A DNA stretch of 63,653 nucleotides, the filler included, from Welwitschia mirabilis (Eukaryota), in the NCBI GenBank assembly GCA_051453625.1. It is 4 parts of one record of this genome, joined end to end, with 100 filler letters (N's around TTAATTAATTAA, not from the genome) between each part and the next. Parts side by side here need not be neighbours in the genome. Positions count along the whole stretch, not along the records: positions 23,985 to 49,895 come from JBOZIK010000001.1; 3 more parts are not named here. One strand, given 5' to 3'. How positions within the stretch are numbered: the stretch's first letter is position 1; each line of letters starts with the position of its first letter. Of the stretch, positions 28,090 through 41,600 are shown piece after piece. The notes beneath the pieces were generated by a model, which worked only from the letters and a program-made list of their open reading frames with translations, made no database searches and was not told the origin of the DNA. The position numbers and the translations under genes are program-made.

Positions 28090-31000
28090 ACATTATCTTC
28101 TTATGAAAACATGTATTAGGGCGTCTTATAAGTACAAAGAGGGTGTAAATGCCTTTCTTAATTATGCTTATGCAAATATTGGTTCCTTTAATTTCATAAG
28201 TTATCCATGTATAACATGCCAAAATGGAAGTGGTAAGATGCTTGTTGAAACTATATGAAAACATCTTATTATTTATGGCATTTACCAACTATAAACAACA
28301 TGGGTTGATCATGGTGAAAGAAGACAAAAAATTGTTCATCAACATGTTTCTTTCAAGGAAGCAGAAATTGATGTTGACTACATGATTGATATGGTAATTG
28401 ACACATTTNNNNNNNNNNNNNNNNNNNNNNNNNNNNNNNNNNNNNNNNNNNNNNNNNNNNNNNNNNNNNNNNNNNNNNNNNNNNNNNNNNNNNNNNNNNN
28501 NNNNNNNNCAAAATGGAAGCGGTAAGATGCTTGTGAAACTATAGGAAAACATCTTATTATTTATGGCATTTACCAACTATAAGCAACATGTGTTGTTCAT
28601 GGTGAAAGAAGACAAAAAGAGCCAATAAATGAAGGATTTCCTAAAAATATACAATGCTTTTTCTATTTCTTAGATTATAGAATATAAAAGTAAAACATGA
28701 TTAAATAAAAGCTAGTTTTTTAGAGCTATTATATTTTNNNNNNNNNNNNNNNNNNNNNNNNNNNNNNNNNNNNNNNNNNNNNNNNNNNNNNNNNNNNNNN
28801 NNNNNNNNNNNNNNNNNNNNNNNNNNNNNNNNNNNNNAAGACAAAAAGAGCCAATAAATGAAGGATTTCCTAAAAATATACAATGCTTTTTCTATTTCTT
28901 AGATTATATAATATAAAAGTAAAACATGATTAAATAAAAGCTAGTTTTTTAGAGCTATTATATTTTTTAAATAACATGCATCCAAATGATGATATGCTAC
29001 CAGAGAATGTGTATTATGCTAAGAAGACAATAACTACATTAGAAATAAACTATGAAATGATACATTTATAGCCTAATGATTGTATCTTATATTAGAAGAA
29101 CCATGGAAATAAATCCATGTGTTCTACTTTTGGAGCATCATGTTGAAAAAGATAATTAGATTACAAGTACCACAAAGAGTGCTAATATATTTCCTTTAAT
29201 CTCAAGACTAAAGAGGTTTCATAAGTAATGTTTATTACATTTAGAATTTAAAATAATGTAAAAGTTATATGAGATTTATGAACATGAACTATAGAAATAG
29301 CTATAAGATTATTATTATAATTGCAGCATTCCAAGAATTACTAAAAATTTGAAATTGAATTTTAACAATAAAAGTTAAGATGGCAAGATGAGAAATCCTA
29401 TTGATTCCTTTATTTGGAGAAAAATTAGTAATAGATGGTCATATTTTGCTACNNNNNNNNNNNNNNNNNNNNNNNNNNNNNNNNNNNNNNNNNNNNNNNN
29501 NNNNNNNNNNNNNNNNNNNNNNNNNNNNNNNNNNNNNNNNNNNNNNNNNNNNATTAAATTACAAGTACCACAAAGAGTGCTAAGATATTTCCTTTAATCC
29601 CAATACTAAAGAGGTTTTATAAGTAATTTTTATTGCAATTAGAATTTAAAATAATGTAAAAGTTAAATGAGATTTATGAACGTGAACTATAGAAATAGCT
29701 ATAAGATTATTATTATAGTTACAGCATTCCAAGAATTACTAAAAATTTGAAATTGAATTTTAATGATAAAATTTAATATGGNNNNNNNNNNNNNNNNNNN
29801 NNNNNNNNNNNNNNNNNNNNNNNNNNNNNNNNNNNNNNNNNTTTTGCTACTAATTTAAGAAATATAAGTTTGAGTCTTGTAATAGATGGTTTTAATTCAT
29901 TTGCAAGTATGAATAATAGGTATACCTATTGGCTAGTGTTTATTATGATCAATAACATATCACCATCATTATGCATGAAAAATGAATTTTGTTTATTAAC
30001 ATTGCTGGTGCTAGGTCTTGAGCAACCAGAAAAAGAAATTAATATATATCTCCAACCTTTGATATCTAAACTATAACAATTATGTAAAACTAGTTCAAAA
30101 ACTTTTAATTCTCATATAGAGAAGACAATTAACATGAATGTAGACTATTCATGATTTTCCATCATATAGATATCTTACTTGTTGTAAGACTAATGGGTAT
30201 TATGCTTGCCCTACTTGTAGAGAAGGTAAATGTACAAAGTATCTTTAATACAGCAAAAAGGTAGTTTACATTAAAACATAGAAAATTCATCCCTAGTGAT
30301 CATCCATTTATAAAGCAAAAAAACCCAATTTAATAAAGAGGTAGAATTTAGTAAAGCTTTAAAGCATTTAATTAGTACTCAAATTTTGAGAAATAGGGGA
30401 AAATAAGGATATCATATGGTAAGAACATTTCAAATAAAATAAAAAGTATAGGTATAAAACATGGTTCATGATATATTCCAGGATTGACAAGAAAGACGAT
30501 ACTTTATGATCTTCCTTAGTGGAAGGTTAGATTACAAATTTGTATCTTAATTGAATTTGATGCTATTAGCTACTACTTTTTTCTTAGACTACTTTAATAA
30601 TTTTATATATCTTTGTAGGATATGCACATTTGTCATAATTTGGACATGATGCCCAGTGAGAAGAATATATGTGAGAACTTTATTTCAATAATTTTGAACA
30701 TCAAAGATAAGTTAAAGAATAACTTATATGTACATTAATATTTGTTAACTTTAAAGTTACAAAAACCCTTATGGCCACAAATAAAAGGGGAAAAACATCC
30801 GGTTATCTCCATTAAAATATGTTCTCACACAAATGAAAAGCAAATATTTTATAACATGCTATATGACTTAGAGGTNNNNNNNNNNNNNNNNNNNNNNNNN
30901 NNNNNNNNNNNNNNNNNNNNNNNNNNNNNNNNNNNNNNNNNNNNNNNNNNNNNNNNNNNNNNNNNNNNNNNNNNNATTATTTAAAGGTCTCTATTAGTTT

Positions 31001-33230
31001 TAGTTCAAATTAAAATCATCGAATATGTTTGAAAGATCTTGAGCATAAAGGATTTAAGTCACATGGTTATCATTTTATTATAGAGTATTTATTACCAATA
31101 TTATTAAGAAATGCTTTAGTTAATGAAAAACCCTTCTGTAAGGCTACTTGTCAACTTTGTGCATTGTTTAATATTTTTTGCTCAAAGGTGATTGATTTAA
31201 ATATTTTGAATTTATTGCAACATGAATTGATACAACATTATGCATATTTGAGTAGTATTTTCCATCTCATTTTTTTTGTAATCATGATACATCTCTTAGT
31301 TCATCTAGTTGAAGAGTTGTAATGTCATGGACCTATTAGATATAGATGGATGTATTCATTTGATAAGTAAGCTAGGTCATAAGTAGAAAGTGATGAATTT
31401 CTATTGTTATATTAGTTGATAATTAAATATTAACATATTATATATTGGATGACTTAGAGTTATGAAGAATTCAAAGGCATATGTAAAAATTAATGCTAGA
31501 CTTGAAGGATGCATAGCAGAACAATACATTATTGATGAGGATATCCTATTGTGCATGGAGTCTATTTTTATTTTTTTANNNNNNNNNNNNNNNNNNNNNN
31601 NNNNNNNNNNNNNNNNNNNNNNNNNNNNNNNNNNNNNNNNNNNNNNNNNNNNNNNNNNNNNNNNNNNNNNNNNNNNNNNNNNNNNNNNNNNNNNNNNNNN
31701 NNNNNNNNNNNNNNNNNNNNNNNNNNNNNNNNNNNNNNNNNNNNNNNNNNNNNNNNNNNNNNNNNNNNNNNNNNNNNNNNNNNNNNNNNNNNNNNNNNNN
31801 NNNNNNNNNNNNNNNNNNNNNNNNNNNNNNNNNNNNNNNNNNNNNNNNNNNNNNNNNNNNNNNNNNNNNNNNNNNNNNNNNNNNNNNNNNNNNNNNNNNN
31901 NNNNNNNNNNNNNNNNNNNNNNNNNNNNNNNNNNNNNNNNNNNNNNNNNNNNNNNNNNNNNNNNNNNNNNNNNNNNNNNNNNNNNNNNNNNNNNNNNNNN
32001 NNNNNNNNAGATGACCTAGAGTTATGAAGAATTCAAAGGCATATGTAAAAAATAATGCTAGACTTGAAGGATGCATAGTAGAACAGTACCTTATTGATGA
32101 GGATATCCTATTATGCATGGAGTCTATTTCTATTTTTTTAAAAATTCATGTAAGAAAATAATTTTCAAAGTTTTCATACTCTTTATAGAATGAAGTTGAG
32201 GCTGATATTGAGGAGAAGCCATTAGAGGAAGGGAACCTATATTGATTAAATAATATAGAGTTTAATTACTGATGCAAGTGAGTCTTGTTCTCCTATGATG
32301 GAATAGAATAATATGTTGCATAAGTATCTTTTACAAACTATTATTTTATTTAAAAAATTATATAAAATTTTTTCATAAACTATTTAAATGCTTTCATATA
32401 GATAATATAATAAGGAGCTTATAAAATAAACAAGCATGATGACAAGAAAGAAAAACAAAAAAACTAGTGGATTTGTTGATTTTATTTCATGGTTATAAAA
32501 GAAGGTAAGATACATAATATACATATTGTAATGTTTATTACATTAAATATATTACATTATCATTTCTTTTATTAATAATTACTTACATAGTTTTTTTTAG
32601 ATGAAGACGGAGAGTAATGATGCAATTATGAAGGTGCTTGTTCAGTCACCTTACTTTTTAGTAAAACCATATAGTCGTTGTCATGTTAAAGGATGGGTAT
32701 TTATGAAAAAAGATAATGAGATACATAATACAACACAAAATAGTGGTATATTCATAGAATAATTGATAAAGTATAGAGTAAGTGTCAAGGATACTAATTA
32801 CAAGGAAAAAAGTGCTATCCTGCTATGATGTTGTGAAATCAATTATCAAACTAGATTGCATTGACTTTAAACAAATAGTATTCAAATGTGGTTGGGTGAG
32901 TATAGAAGATGAAATAAATAGTTACAAATATGATTACAATCTAGATACTATTATAGTAAACCTATAAAATTTGAAAGGCAAAGAAAATGTAGATAATAAA
33001 TCATTCATTCTTGCATCTCAAGCAATTCAAGTATTTTATTCTAAGGACCTTTCAGATCTAAAATTGCACGTTGTACTAGACTCATGTTAAAGGATGAAAA
33101 AATATATTAATAGCAAAAATAGTTTTGTAGATAGAGGAAATCATCAACTTGCAAAGCCAAATACTACTTTGATTTGCAATAATAAAAATGATCTTCCCAT
33201 CTTAATGAAGAGGGAAAATGAATAGAATGA
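28090..33230 (+). mobile_element. CACTA (En/Spm) TnpD/Tnp2 transposase relic with introns
   Basis: N-terminal HLIIYGI...WVDHGE domain; LPENVYYAKK...PNDCILY; VPQRVLRYF; DGFNSFASMNNRYTYWLV...INIYLQPLISKL (Transposase_21); FKSHGYHFIIEYLLP, MIHLLVHLVEE, ARLEGCIAEQYI (DUF4218-like); YDVVKSIIKLD...FKCGWV and FILASQAIQVFY (DUF4216-like). GT..AG introns, e.g. ~30526-30619. Confidence 0.93.
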
Positions 33231-33489
33231 TCTATTTTCGTGATTATAGTTTTAATATAAGAGTTATAGAATTTCTTCATTATGAGTTTTCTTACCAACT
33301 TGTAATAATATTTTAAATGGATTATAGTTAAATGACATCGTCTATATGTTATTTGAATTTCTAGTTATGAAATGAATTAACATTTTATCCATCTTTCATT
33401 ATGTGAATTTTTACATCTTATTATTTAACAAATGGTGGTATGTCGTCTTGTATATGTCTTTCACTATGAAAATGTTATGAACATTACTA

Positions 33490-35470
33490 ATCATAGTTGG
33501 AGATGAAAGAAAGAAAAACTAAAAAATAAAATACAAAGAACATGAAAAATCTGCATGCAAAAATTAAAAAATGTAATATTATCTTAATTTATAATGTTAG
33601 ATTTACCGTTTGTTATGATATATTAGGCTAAATAAATACATATCTTCTTTTAATGTTAATAGAAGAAATATAGAAAAGAAGTAGTTCAAAAAGTTCCAAA
33701 AGATAAGGGGTGAAAATAATTATAAAAATTACTTCTGATAAAGACCCTTTAAAGGTTCAAGTCAATGAATTTGATCAACTCATAGGTTTTAACTCACAAA
33801 AGTTATCTACTTATGTGGGATTCATTACTCATATTCATGCGTCGATTACCATCTCTTCATGAAAAATGGTGGAAAATGAAAGAAAGGACTTCTCATGGAG
33901 TTTGACAAAGGTATTTTTAACATGGTTTATTATAATTACAGAAATAATGGATATTGTAATCACTCTATTATAGTTACAATTTGAGGTAGAAGACATTGTA
34001 AAAGAAGTAATGCTGTTAATTATAAACAACTATTAGAAATAAGAAAAATATGAACTATGAAAGATTTTAATTTATAATAGAGAAAATGCTAAAGAAATAA
34101 AGAAGAGAACATCCCTAGGAGTGAAACCCAAATATGGAAATGTGTTTGTGACCCAAACTACATTGGAAGATTTTTAGGTAATTTAGTAGTAATATTTTTA
34201 ACTAAAACAATTATTGTTATGAGAATATAAGATGATAGTTATAAAATGTGTTTAATTTTTTATTGTATTTCAGTTTACCTATAAAATAAACAAAGACAAT
34301 AGATCAAAATGGCTCATACCCTAATACAAAAGTAACCATGGAGATGCAAGAGTCATAGAGGATATTGTAAGGATAAAGAAGTAGTCAAATGTTTTTAGAA
34401 CTATTATTATCTATGGTCCTTGATGTATCATTTCTATAAATTTTATATGAAAATGTGAATTAGGTATTCAAGAAAGGCCAAATAGGTTTATTGTATGGGA
34501 CAAATTGCATTCAAAAGATGAAGTTCTATGTTGGTCGAAAGAGGGTCAAGATAAATTAGTTAGTAGTTAATTTTTTTAATTTATAGTATGTGATAGCTAG
34601 AGATTTATTCTTATTTGATAATATTATATTATTCCTAATTTTAATAGGATTATTTCAAAGTAATATTTTCATCTAGTGATGCACATAAAGAAATAAGTGA
34701 AATCGATCTTGTAGCATCCACTTTTGAAAAAGACAATTAGGGTAAAGTGCATGTAATGAAAAGGGGAATTTCTCCAAACATGCTATTTAAATAAAAGTCT
34801 TTGTACAACAAAATAGATGAGAAATAGTACTGAAGTAATCTTTAGAAGTTGTTTTTTCTAATAGGAAGTAAAAATTGGATTAGATGCAAAAATAAATTGA
34901 GAATAAAGTAAATGCTTTTATAGAAGTAGCATTATCAGACTTTATGGTAATGATATATTTTAATATATTTTTGAAAGTTTATAAATCATGTTATCTAGAA
35001 ATAATCATAATATTTTTACTATTGAGACTAGAAAAAAAAAGTATTGTTATCATTGGCTACAGAAACTATTTGCTCGTCATCATCAAAATTCTTTCCTAGT
35101 GCAGTAAAGTTTTAATATACCTTAAAGACTTACAGAACATTGAGTTTTGTAAATTGCATGTATGATTAAAGTATAAATGCTTATTTCTCTTGTAGGACAT
35201 ATAAAAGACTACTTCAATAAAGAATAAAAATTGTAAAATTATTTTAATAGGAAACTATGAAAATATTGTTGCCATAAAAAAGGTTGAATGTGATGATCCT
35301 AACATAATAGTCCATGGGTGTAAATTAGCTGAAACATGCTTCAAGATTATGATAGATATTATACTTTAAGATTCTACTAGTGTGTTTAAGAAATTTAGAG
35401 GGTTGAAGATGTTAGAGTAAAAGGGTCTATAACATGGTCCAAATTCTTTGTTTCTTTTGATGTTTGAGCA
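33490..35470 (+). mobile_element. CACTA TnpA-like second gene relic (multi-exon)
   Basis: Directly downstream of TnpD in the same orientation. Exon-like blocks read KVQVNEFDQLIGFNSQKLSTYVG and VECDDPNIIVHGCKLAETCFKIMID, as in TnpA/Tnp1-type C-termini. Confidence 0.6.
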
Positions 35471-36899
35471 TATTTTGTCATAGTCTACTATATGGGATAT
35501 CTTTTTTACATGTCTAAAAATGATGAGATGTATTTTAGTTCAGAAATGTTATTAAAATTTAGAACCCAATATTTAAATGAATATGTTACAATATATTGTT
35601 TATTAAATTATGAATAATTAATATTAATAATTTCCTTTTTTAATTACTTTTACTAACATTATCTTCAAGTGTAGGTAATTGTCTTTGACATTCTAATGTT
35701 GGTATTAAATCTAATAAAGGAAAAGGATCTACAAAATTTATTATGAGCAATTATTATTTTTAAATCTATTTAAATAGATGGGATTTTCATTATTGTCATT
35801 ATGTGATAGTTTATTTTGTTTTTTGAAAGCATCTCATTTGTAGTACTGATGCTGATTGTAGTTAGACCCCCTTGTACAATGAGAATTTAATGTTTCTTAT
35901 CAAAATATATGGATGTTTCATGTAGATCAATATGTCATTAAATAAGTGATTGAGACAATGAAGGTAAGTTGGTTTATGATAAAAATATTAATAGCTTAAG
36001 ATTATTTTATGGGTTTTATTCCCAAAGAGTCTTACATGTGATATGTTAACACATTTTTTATGGCACTATGTTAAGAATTTAGTTTATGGTAGGTATTCCT
36101 TTACAAACAGGTTCCAAAAATGATTAAATCAGTTAGTCTATATGTTCATATGGTAGTGTAGTTCTGCTATCAACTGCTTTGATTTGAGCAGTGGTAAGAT
36201 TCTTATTAATTACATCTCTACATATTGTAATGTTTTTTTAATTTCCACTTGTTAAGTGTTATTAAGCATTCTGATATAAGTCAATTATTAAAACTTCTTC
36301 TTCTAAACCTATGTCTTGGTTATTGTTTTGATTGTTATCATAATGTGTATTGTAGACTACACAACTTGCAAGCTATAGGATAATTGTGCTTGCTAATTCA
36401 CCCATACCTGATGATTTCATTTGTAAGGTAATTTAATCATTAATGAAACTTAGATGTTGTTAATTAATTTTGTGTTTTAAATATTAATAAAGAAATGTGA
36501 TTAGCTCCATTTTCTCCTAGAGTTCTAGGTATGTTCTACTGGTAAAGAATACTTGCTATGCAACCAAGACTTGCAAATTCATAGAAGATGTACCCATCAT
36601 ATTATCAATCAGTGATTATTTATTTCTAGATTCATTCTTTATAGTAGCTTTAAAGTTCTAAAACACTTAAAAAGATTTAAGATTCACTTTAATGAAAATA
36701 ACCACATCTCTACTATACATGTCTGATTTCCATTCTGATTGCTATTACTAAAAGTGGGAGATCTAATAAGTAATCTTAAATGTAATAGATTAAAATTAGT
36801 TTTTTTAAATTTCATTGTTCATATGAATCATTCTTATTTGGGTCTTGCTACTTAATTTTAAATTGCTATGAATAATAGAACATGAAAACAAAGCCCTTA

Positions 36900-38035
36900 G
36901 AGACAAGTACGTTCAGACCATTATCAATCACATGCCCAAACCTGCCAAATAGTAGCAACATTTCCTTCTTTTATTGTACACATAGTTCTTATGCAAGGAA
37001 TAGCATATGGAATGTAGAGAGATCCTACCTTCTAATCCATTTTAAAGACATTGATCTAACTAGATCCAATGTTTCTTTTATCCTAACTATTCTTTATCTA
37101 TGCTTGTATTTGAGCTGTTAGCAATTCTTTTTGACATGTCACTTTTTTTTTAATAATAATAGTAAATAATATCTCATCCATGATATTTTTTTATGCTCTT
37201 GCCGCTTGTAGTGGGTCCTCTGAAATTGGATCAATCCTTGTTATGAAGTTTAAAGCTTATAAAGAGGACTTTCTTGTAGAAGTAATAAGCATTATTATTT
37301 GTGCATCTAATAATATAGAAATCATTGAATTCAAGAATTGGCTAGAGGAGTTAACTTGAGCCACAAGTAAAGTAATTACATTTTGCTAGCTACTAGTTAA
37401 AGAGATAAGAATGGCAATGAAACTATCTGACAAGGGAATTCCTAGGTCATCTATCTAGTTGAGAATACTTTGTGTCTTATCTAAGTGTATCAATAGTTCT
37501 AATAGCACATAATTTGCTAATCATGGAAGGTTAATAATATTTTTTTAAATCCCATCTTATTTTCTTGTGTAATATTTATTTTCACATGTGCCTACGAAAC
37601 ACTATTTCTTGGACAAGGGCTAATGAGCTATAAAGTCTCCTAATCCATTACATTCCAATCTACCTTTGGATATAATTTGTTAAAATCAACATTTAATANN
37701 NNNNNNNNNNNNNNNNNNNNNNNNNNNNNNNNNNNNNNNNNNNNNNNNNNNNNNNNNNNNNNNNNNNNNNNNNNNNNNNNNNNNNNNNNNNNNNNNNNTA
37801 ATATTTATTTTCACATATGCTTATGAAACACTATTTCCTGGACAAGGTCTAATGAGCTACAAAGTCTTCTAATCCATTACATTCTAATATACCTTTGGAT
37901 ATAATTTGTTAAAATCAATATCTAATATAATTTTTTTAATTACAATCCTCTTGGGATTAAAAAATGCACCTAATACCTTTTTGTCTAAGAATTTTATCCA
38001 TCAATTGTTTTAGATGCCCTAATCATCAGGGCTTG
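36900..38035 (-). mobile_element. Heavily decayed LINE ORF2 endonuclease and linker fragment
   Basis: Minus strand has GLGDFIAH (GDFN motif, ~37620-37650), YSQLDR (~37450-37470) and LKWIRR*D (KWLxxGD motif, ~37020-37045), in the expected order. Confidence 0.45.
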
Positions 38036-40329
38036 TTAGGTAGTTTGTAGTTAGTAGGTGTTTTATTTTAGGTAATGAAAAACCTAAAGATTTCAGAGAG
38101 TGTATAACTTTTTTAGGTTTCTTTGAATGGCTATAATGATTTTATAGACATTTCAAAAATTTTGAGGTTACATGCTTCACATGCATGTGATGTGCTATGC
38201 TTAGGAAAAAAAAAAAAGAAAGAGGGAAAACTCCATGTTGTTCAGTATGATAAGAGATATCTCATGGGGACTATTATTAAAGCAACATTTTAATATCCAT
38301 TTTTCAAGAAAATAATAGCAGAAGTATTAAAATACTAAACAAAACTAGAAACACATAATAAAAATACAAAGAGATTTTGTGGTTTAAATTATTTTCAACA
38401 TTCATCCCCAAGAAAGTAGTGTAGAGCTCTTATTGAAATGACTTCATAGTCTATAAGGTAATNNNNNNNNNNNNNNNNNNNNNNNNNNNNNNNNNNNNNN
38501 NNNNNNNNNNNNNNNNNNNNNNNNNNNNNNNNNNNNNNNNNNNNNNNNNNNNNNNNNNNNNNTTAGTAGGTGTTTTATTTTAGATAATGGAAAACCTATA
38601 AATTCCAAAGAGTGTATAACTTTTTTGGATTTCTTTGAATGGCTATAATGATTTTATAGACATTTCAAAAATTTTGAGATTACATGCTTCAAATGCATGT
38701 GATGTGCTATGCTGAGAGGGGGAAAAAACCAAAAAACATAAAGAAAGAAAGGGGGGAAACTCCATGTTGTTCACTATGATAAGAAATAGCTCATGGGGAC
38801 CGTTATTAAAGCCACATTTNNNNNNNNNNAGAAACACATAAGAACACCACAAAGAGATTTTGTAGTTTAAATTCTTTTCAACATTCATCCCCAAGAAAGT
38901 AGTGTAGAGCTCTTATTAAAATGACTACATAGACTATAAGGTAATAATGAGCATTGAGATTTAATTATAGTGATTTAATTTCTTACTTTTACATGGGAAT
39001 CACTATTTTGTCCTACTCAGAAATCACTGTCTTTTCCATAGGAATCACATCTCAAATGACATACTCAATGCACAACACAACTTTAAGGAAGCCATATAAA
39101 ATGCCAAGAGAGAATCTTCTAGAAATCCTTCAATCTATAGGAGCCTCTAAAATCCCTCAGACCTATAAAAATATTTAGAACTACTAGATATAGCTCCTTA
39201 TTTTAACTTTACTTTGATATTTCATATGCTAATTTTATAACATAATCACCTTTTATAACATTAATTATGATCAATATCAAAACATAACAAACAAAAGGCC
39301 CAAAAATATAAATATTTCTTCATCATAAATGAGATCAATCTTTAGTGCTTTAGTGCTAATTTTCAAAAATTGATTATATATACCCTCATACAACATTTCT
39401 CTATCATACCATCCCTATATTATATTTTTTCCCCCTTTCTTTTTGGACTTGGATGAAATATCTTAATATGTAAGGGAACTAACTTCTATTGTATACTATT
39501 TTTTCTTATTATGAGTTTGACAGCTTGACTGTGGCTCACTNNNNNNNNNNNNNNNNNNNNNNNNNNNNNNNNNNNNNNNNNNNNNNNNNNNNNNNNNNNN
39601 NNNNNNNNNNNNNNNNNNNNNNNNNNNNNNNNNNNNNNNNAATATGTAAGGAAACTAACTTCTATTGTATACTATTTTTTCTCATTATGAGTTTGACAGC
39701 TTAACTGTGGCTCACTAATTAATCTTACATTATCTTCATTATACTTCTATGAGAATATTATACTTTTATTTTCTTCTATTAAACACATATTTTTCTTTAT
39801 TAAGATAGAAAATATTTTCCTATTTTAACATTTTGTCTTATTATGGTTGAAAAATGCACCTTTTATAGCCCTAAGTCATTTGTTCATTTTAATTATGCAT
39901 TAGAAGGATATGGAGGTATAAATTTATTCAATACTATGAGCTCATTATTAGTTATTACTATTAAGTAAAACCAAATCTTTTTTGTCCCTTATACCTTTTG
40001 TTCCATCTTATACTTTAAAAGTGACCTTATGATAAGGTGACTTCAAGTAATACATATTTATAACTAATTTAAATTATTAGTTACTAATTCAAACATATTA
40101 TCCTTGGGTATTTTGAGTTTATAAGCTACAAGTATTACATGTTGAATTAGTCAACTACATGACAAATGGGAGTTCCAGTTAATGGTGTGTTTTAGTTTTA
40201 GATGAGTCCCTTGTTCATAATGCTGTGGGTATATGTAAAGAAAATAAGCACCCATTATAATACATTTTCTCTCTCAAGTGGGGTATTGTATAGGTAGGTT
40301 ACTGTTTGATTCCCACATAGTGGGGTATT

Positions 40330-41600
40330 TGTTACAGTGTGTATTTTTGCAACTTCACATCTTACTCTAAATCATATTAATCAAAATATATAGGTTGTAA
40401 CATACACACTCTAGTATAAATGGGAGTAAACCAAATGTCGTAACCCATTAAAGACTTATAAGAGAATAATGAGAATTGATTTTTGAAGAGAATATGATAA
40501 TTAAAACTTAAGAATAGTGCAAGAAATAAAGATGCGAAGTAATGCAAGCATAACTAAATCTAAATGCAATGCAAAATGACTAAAACTAATTTCTTCAACC
40601 TTAATAAAGGCTTCCCTTAAGACCTATATCGTCAATGAAACTATCACCAGATCAATGACAACATAAATTATAAGAAANNNNNNNNNNNNNNNNNNNNNNN
40701 NNNNNNNNNNNNNNNNNNNNNNNNNNNNNNNNNNNNNNNNNNNNNNNNNNNNNNNNNNNNNNNNNNNNNNNNNNNNNAACTATCACCAGAATAATGAAAA
40801 CATAAATTATAAGAAAGATATAATAGAACTAGGATGTACAATTGTAATAAAAATGTGTACTAGAGTAGAACCAACATCTAGGTTACAAACCAACCAAGGC
40901 TTAATGGAGGATGCATAGCCCTTCATCAAGGTAACATCTTTCTGCAACTTACGAGATGGATCTCTAGTCCTTCAATCTCCTATCACAAGAATTTCTAGTG
41001 CAAATGAAGATGGAAAGGAAAGTCAAGGAAAAGGCCTTATTTATAGGGCTAAGAAGTAAAACTGTCACATAAAAGGCACTACAAAACATGCTCAATTACA
41101 AAAAAGAAATAGATGAAATAGACAAAGTTCAACTAATAGTTATAACTATTATCCTACCTATCATGGAGATGACCAAGGGGATGATGGTATTATTGTCCTT
41201 CATGTCATGGAGACTACATGGGGGATGATACCTTTATAAAAAAGGATTTCATTAGTTCTAGCTCTAGTCTAGTCAGCATCCTATCTTGGCATGTGTAGGG
41301 CTATCGTCCTATCTGTCATGGGGATAATAGCGAGGACAATAGTCCTCCTTTGCTTTTCAAGTACCAAGAAAATATCTCTAGCATTAGTGATTTTCCTTAA
41401 AAGCACTGAACATCAAAAAGTACCTGAAATGCTTTCAAATATGCCAAGAATTATGTATTTTAGTGATCATCCATCAAATTCCCATAATCCTTAGAATTGC
41501 ATATAAACCTGTATTAAAGTCTTGCAAAATAGCTCATAACACCCCCATAAAATACATGTAATTTGGTAGAATATCATAACCCCTTACTTATCCTTTATCA
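40330..41600 (-). mobile_element. Solo LTR (Athila-like), same family as 4059-5924
   Basis: TG...TATCA termini and colinear similarity to 4059-5924. Flanking 5-mers GTATT and GTCCT match only partly. Confidence 0.6.
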
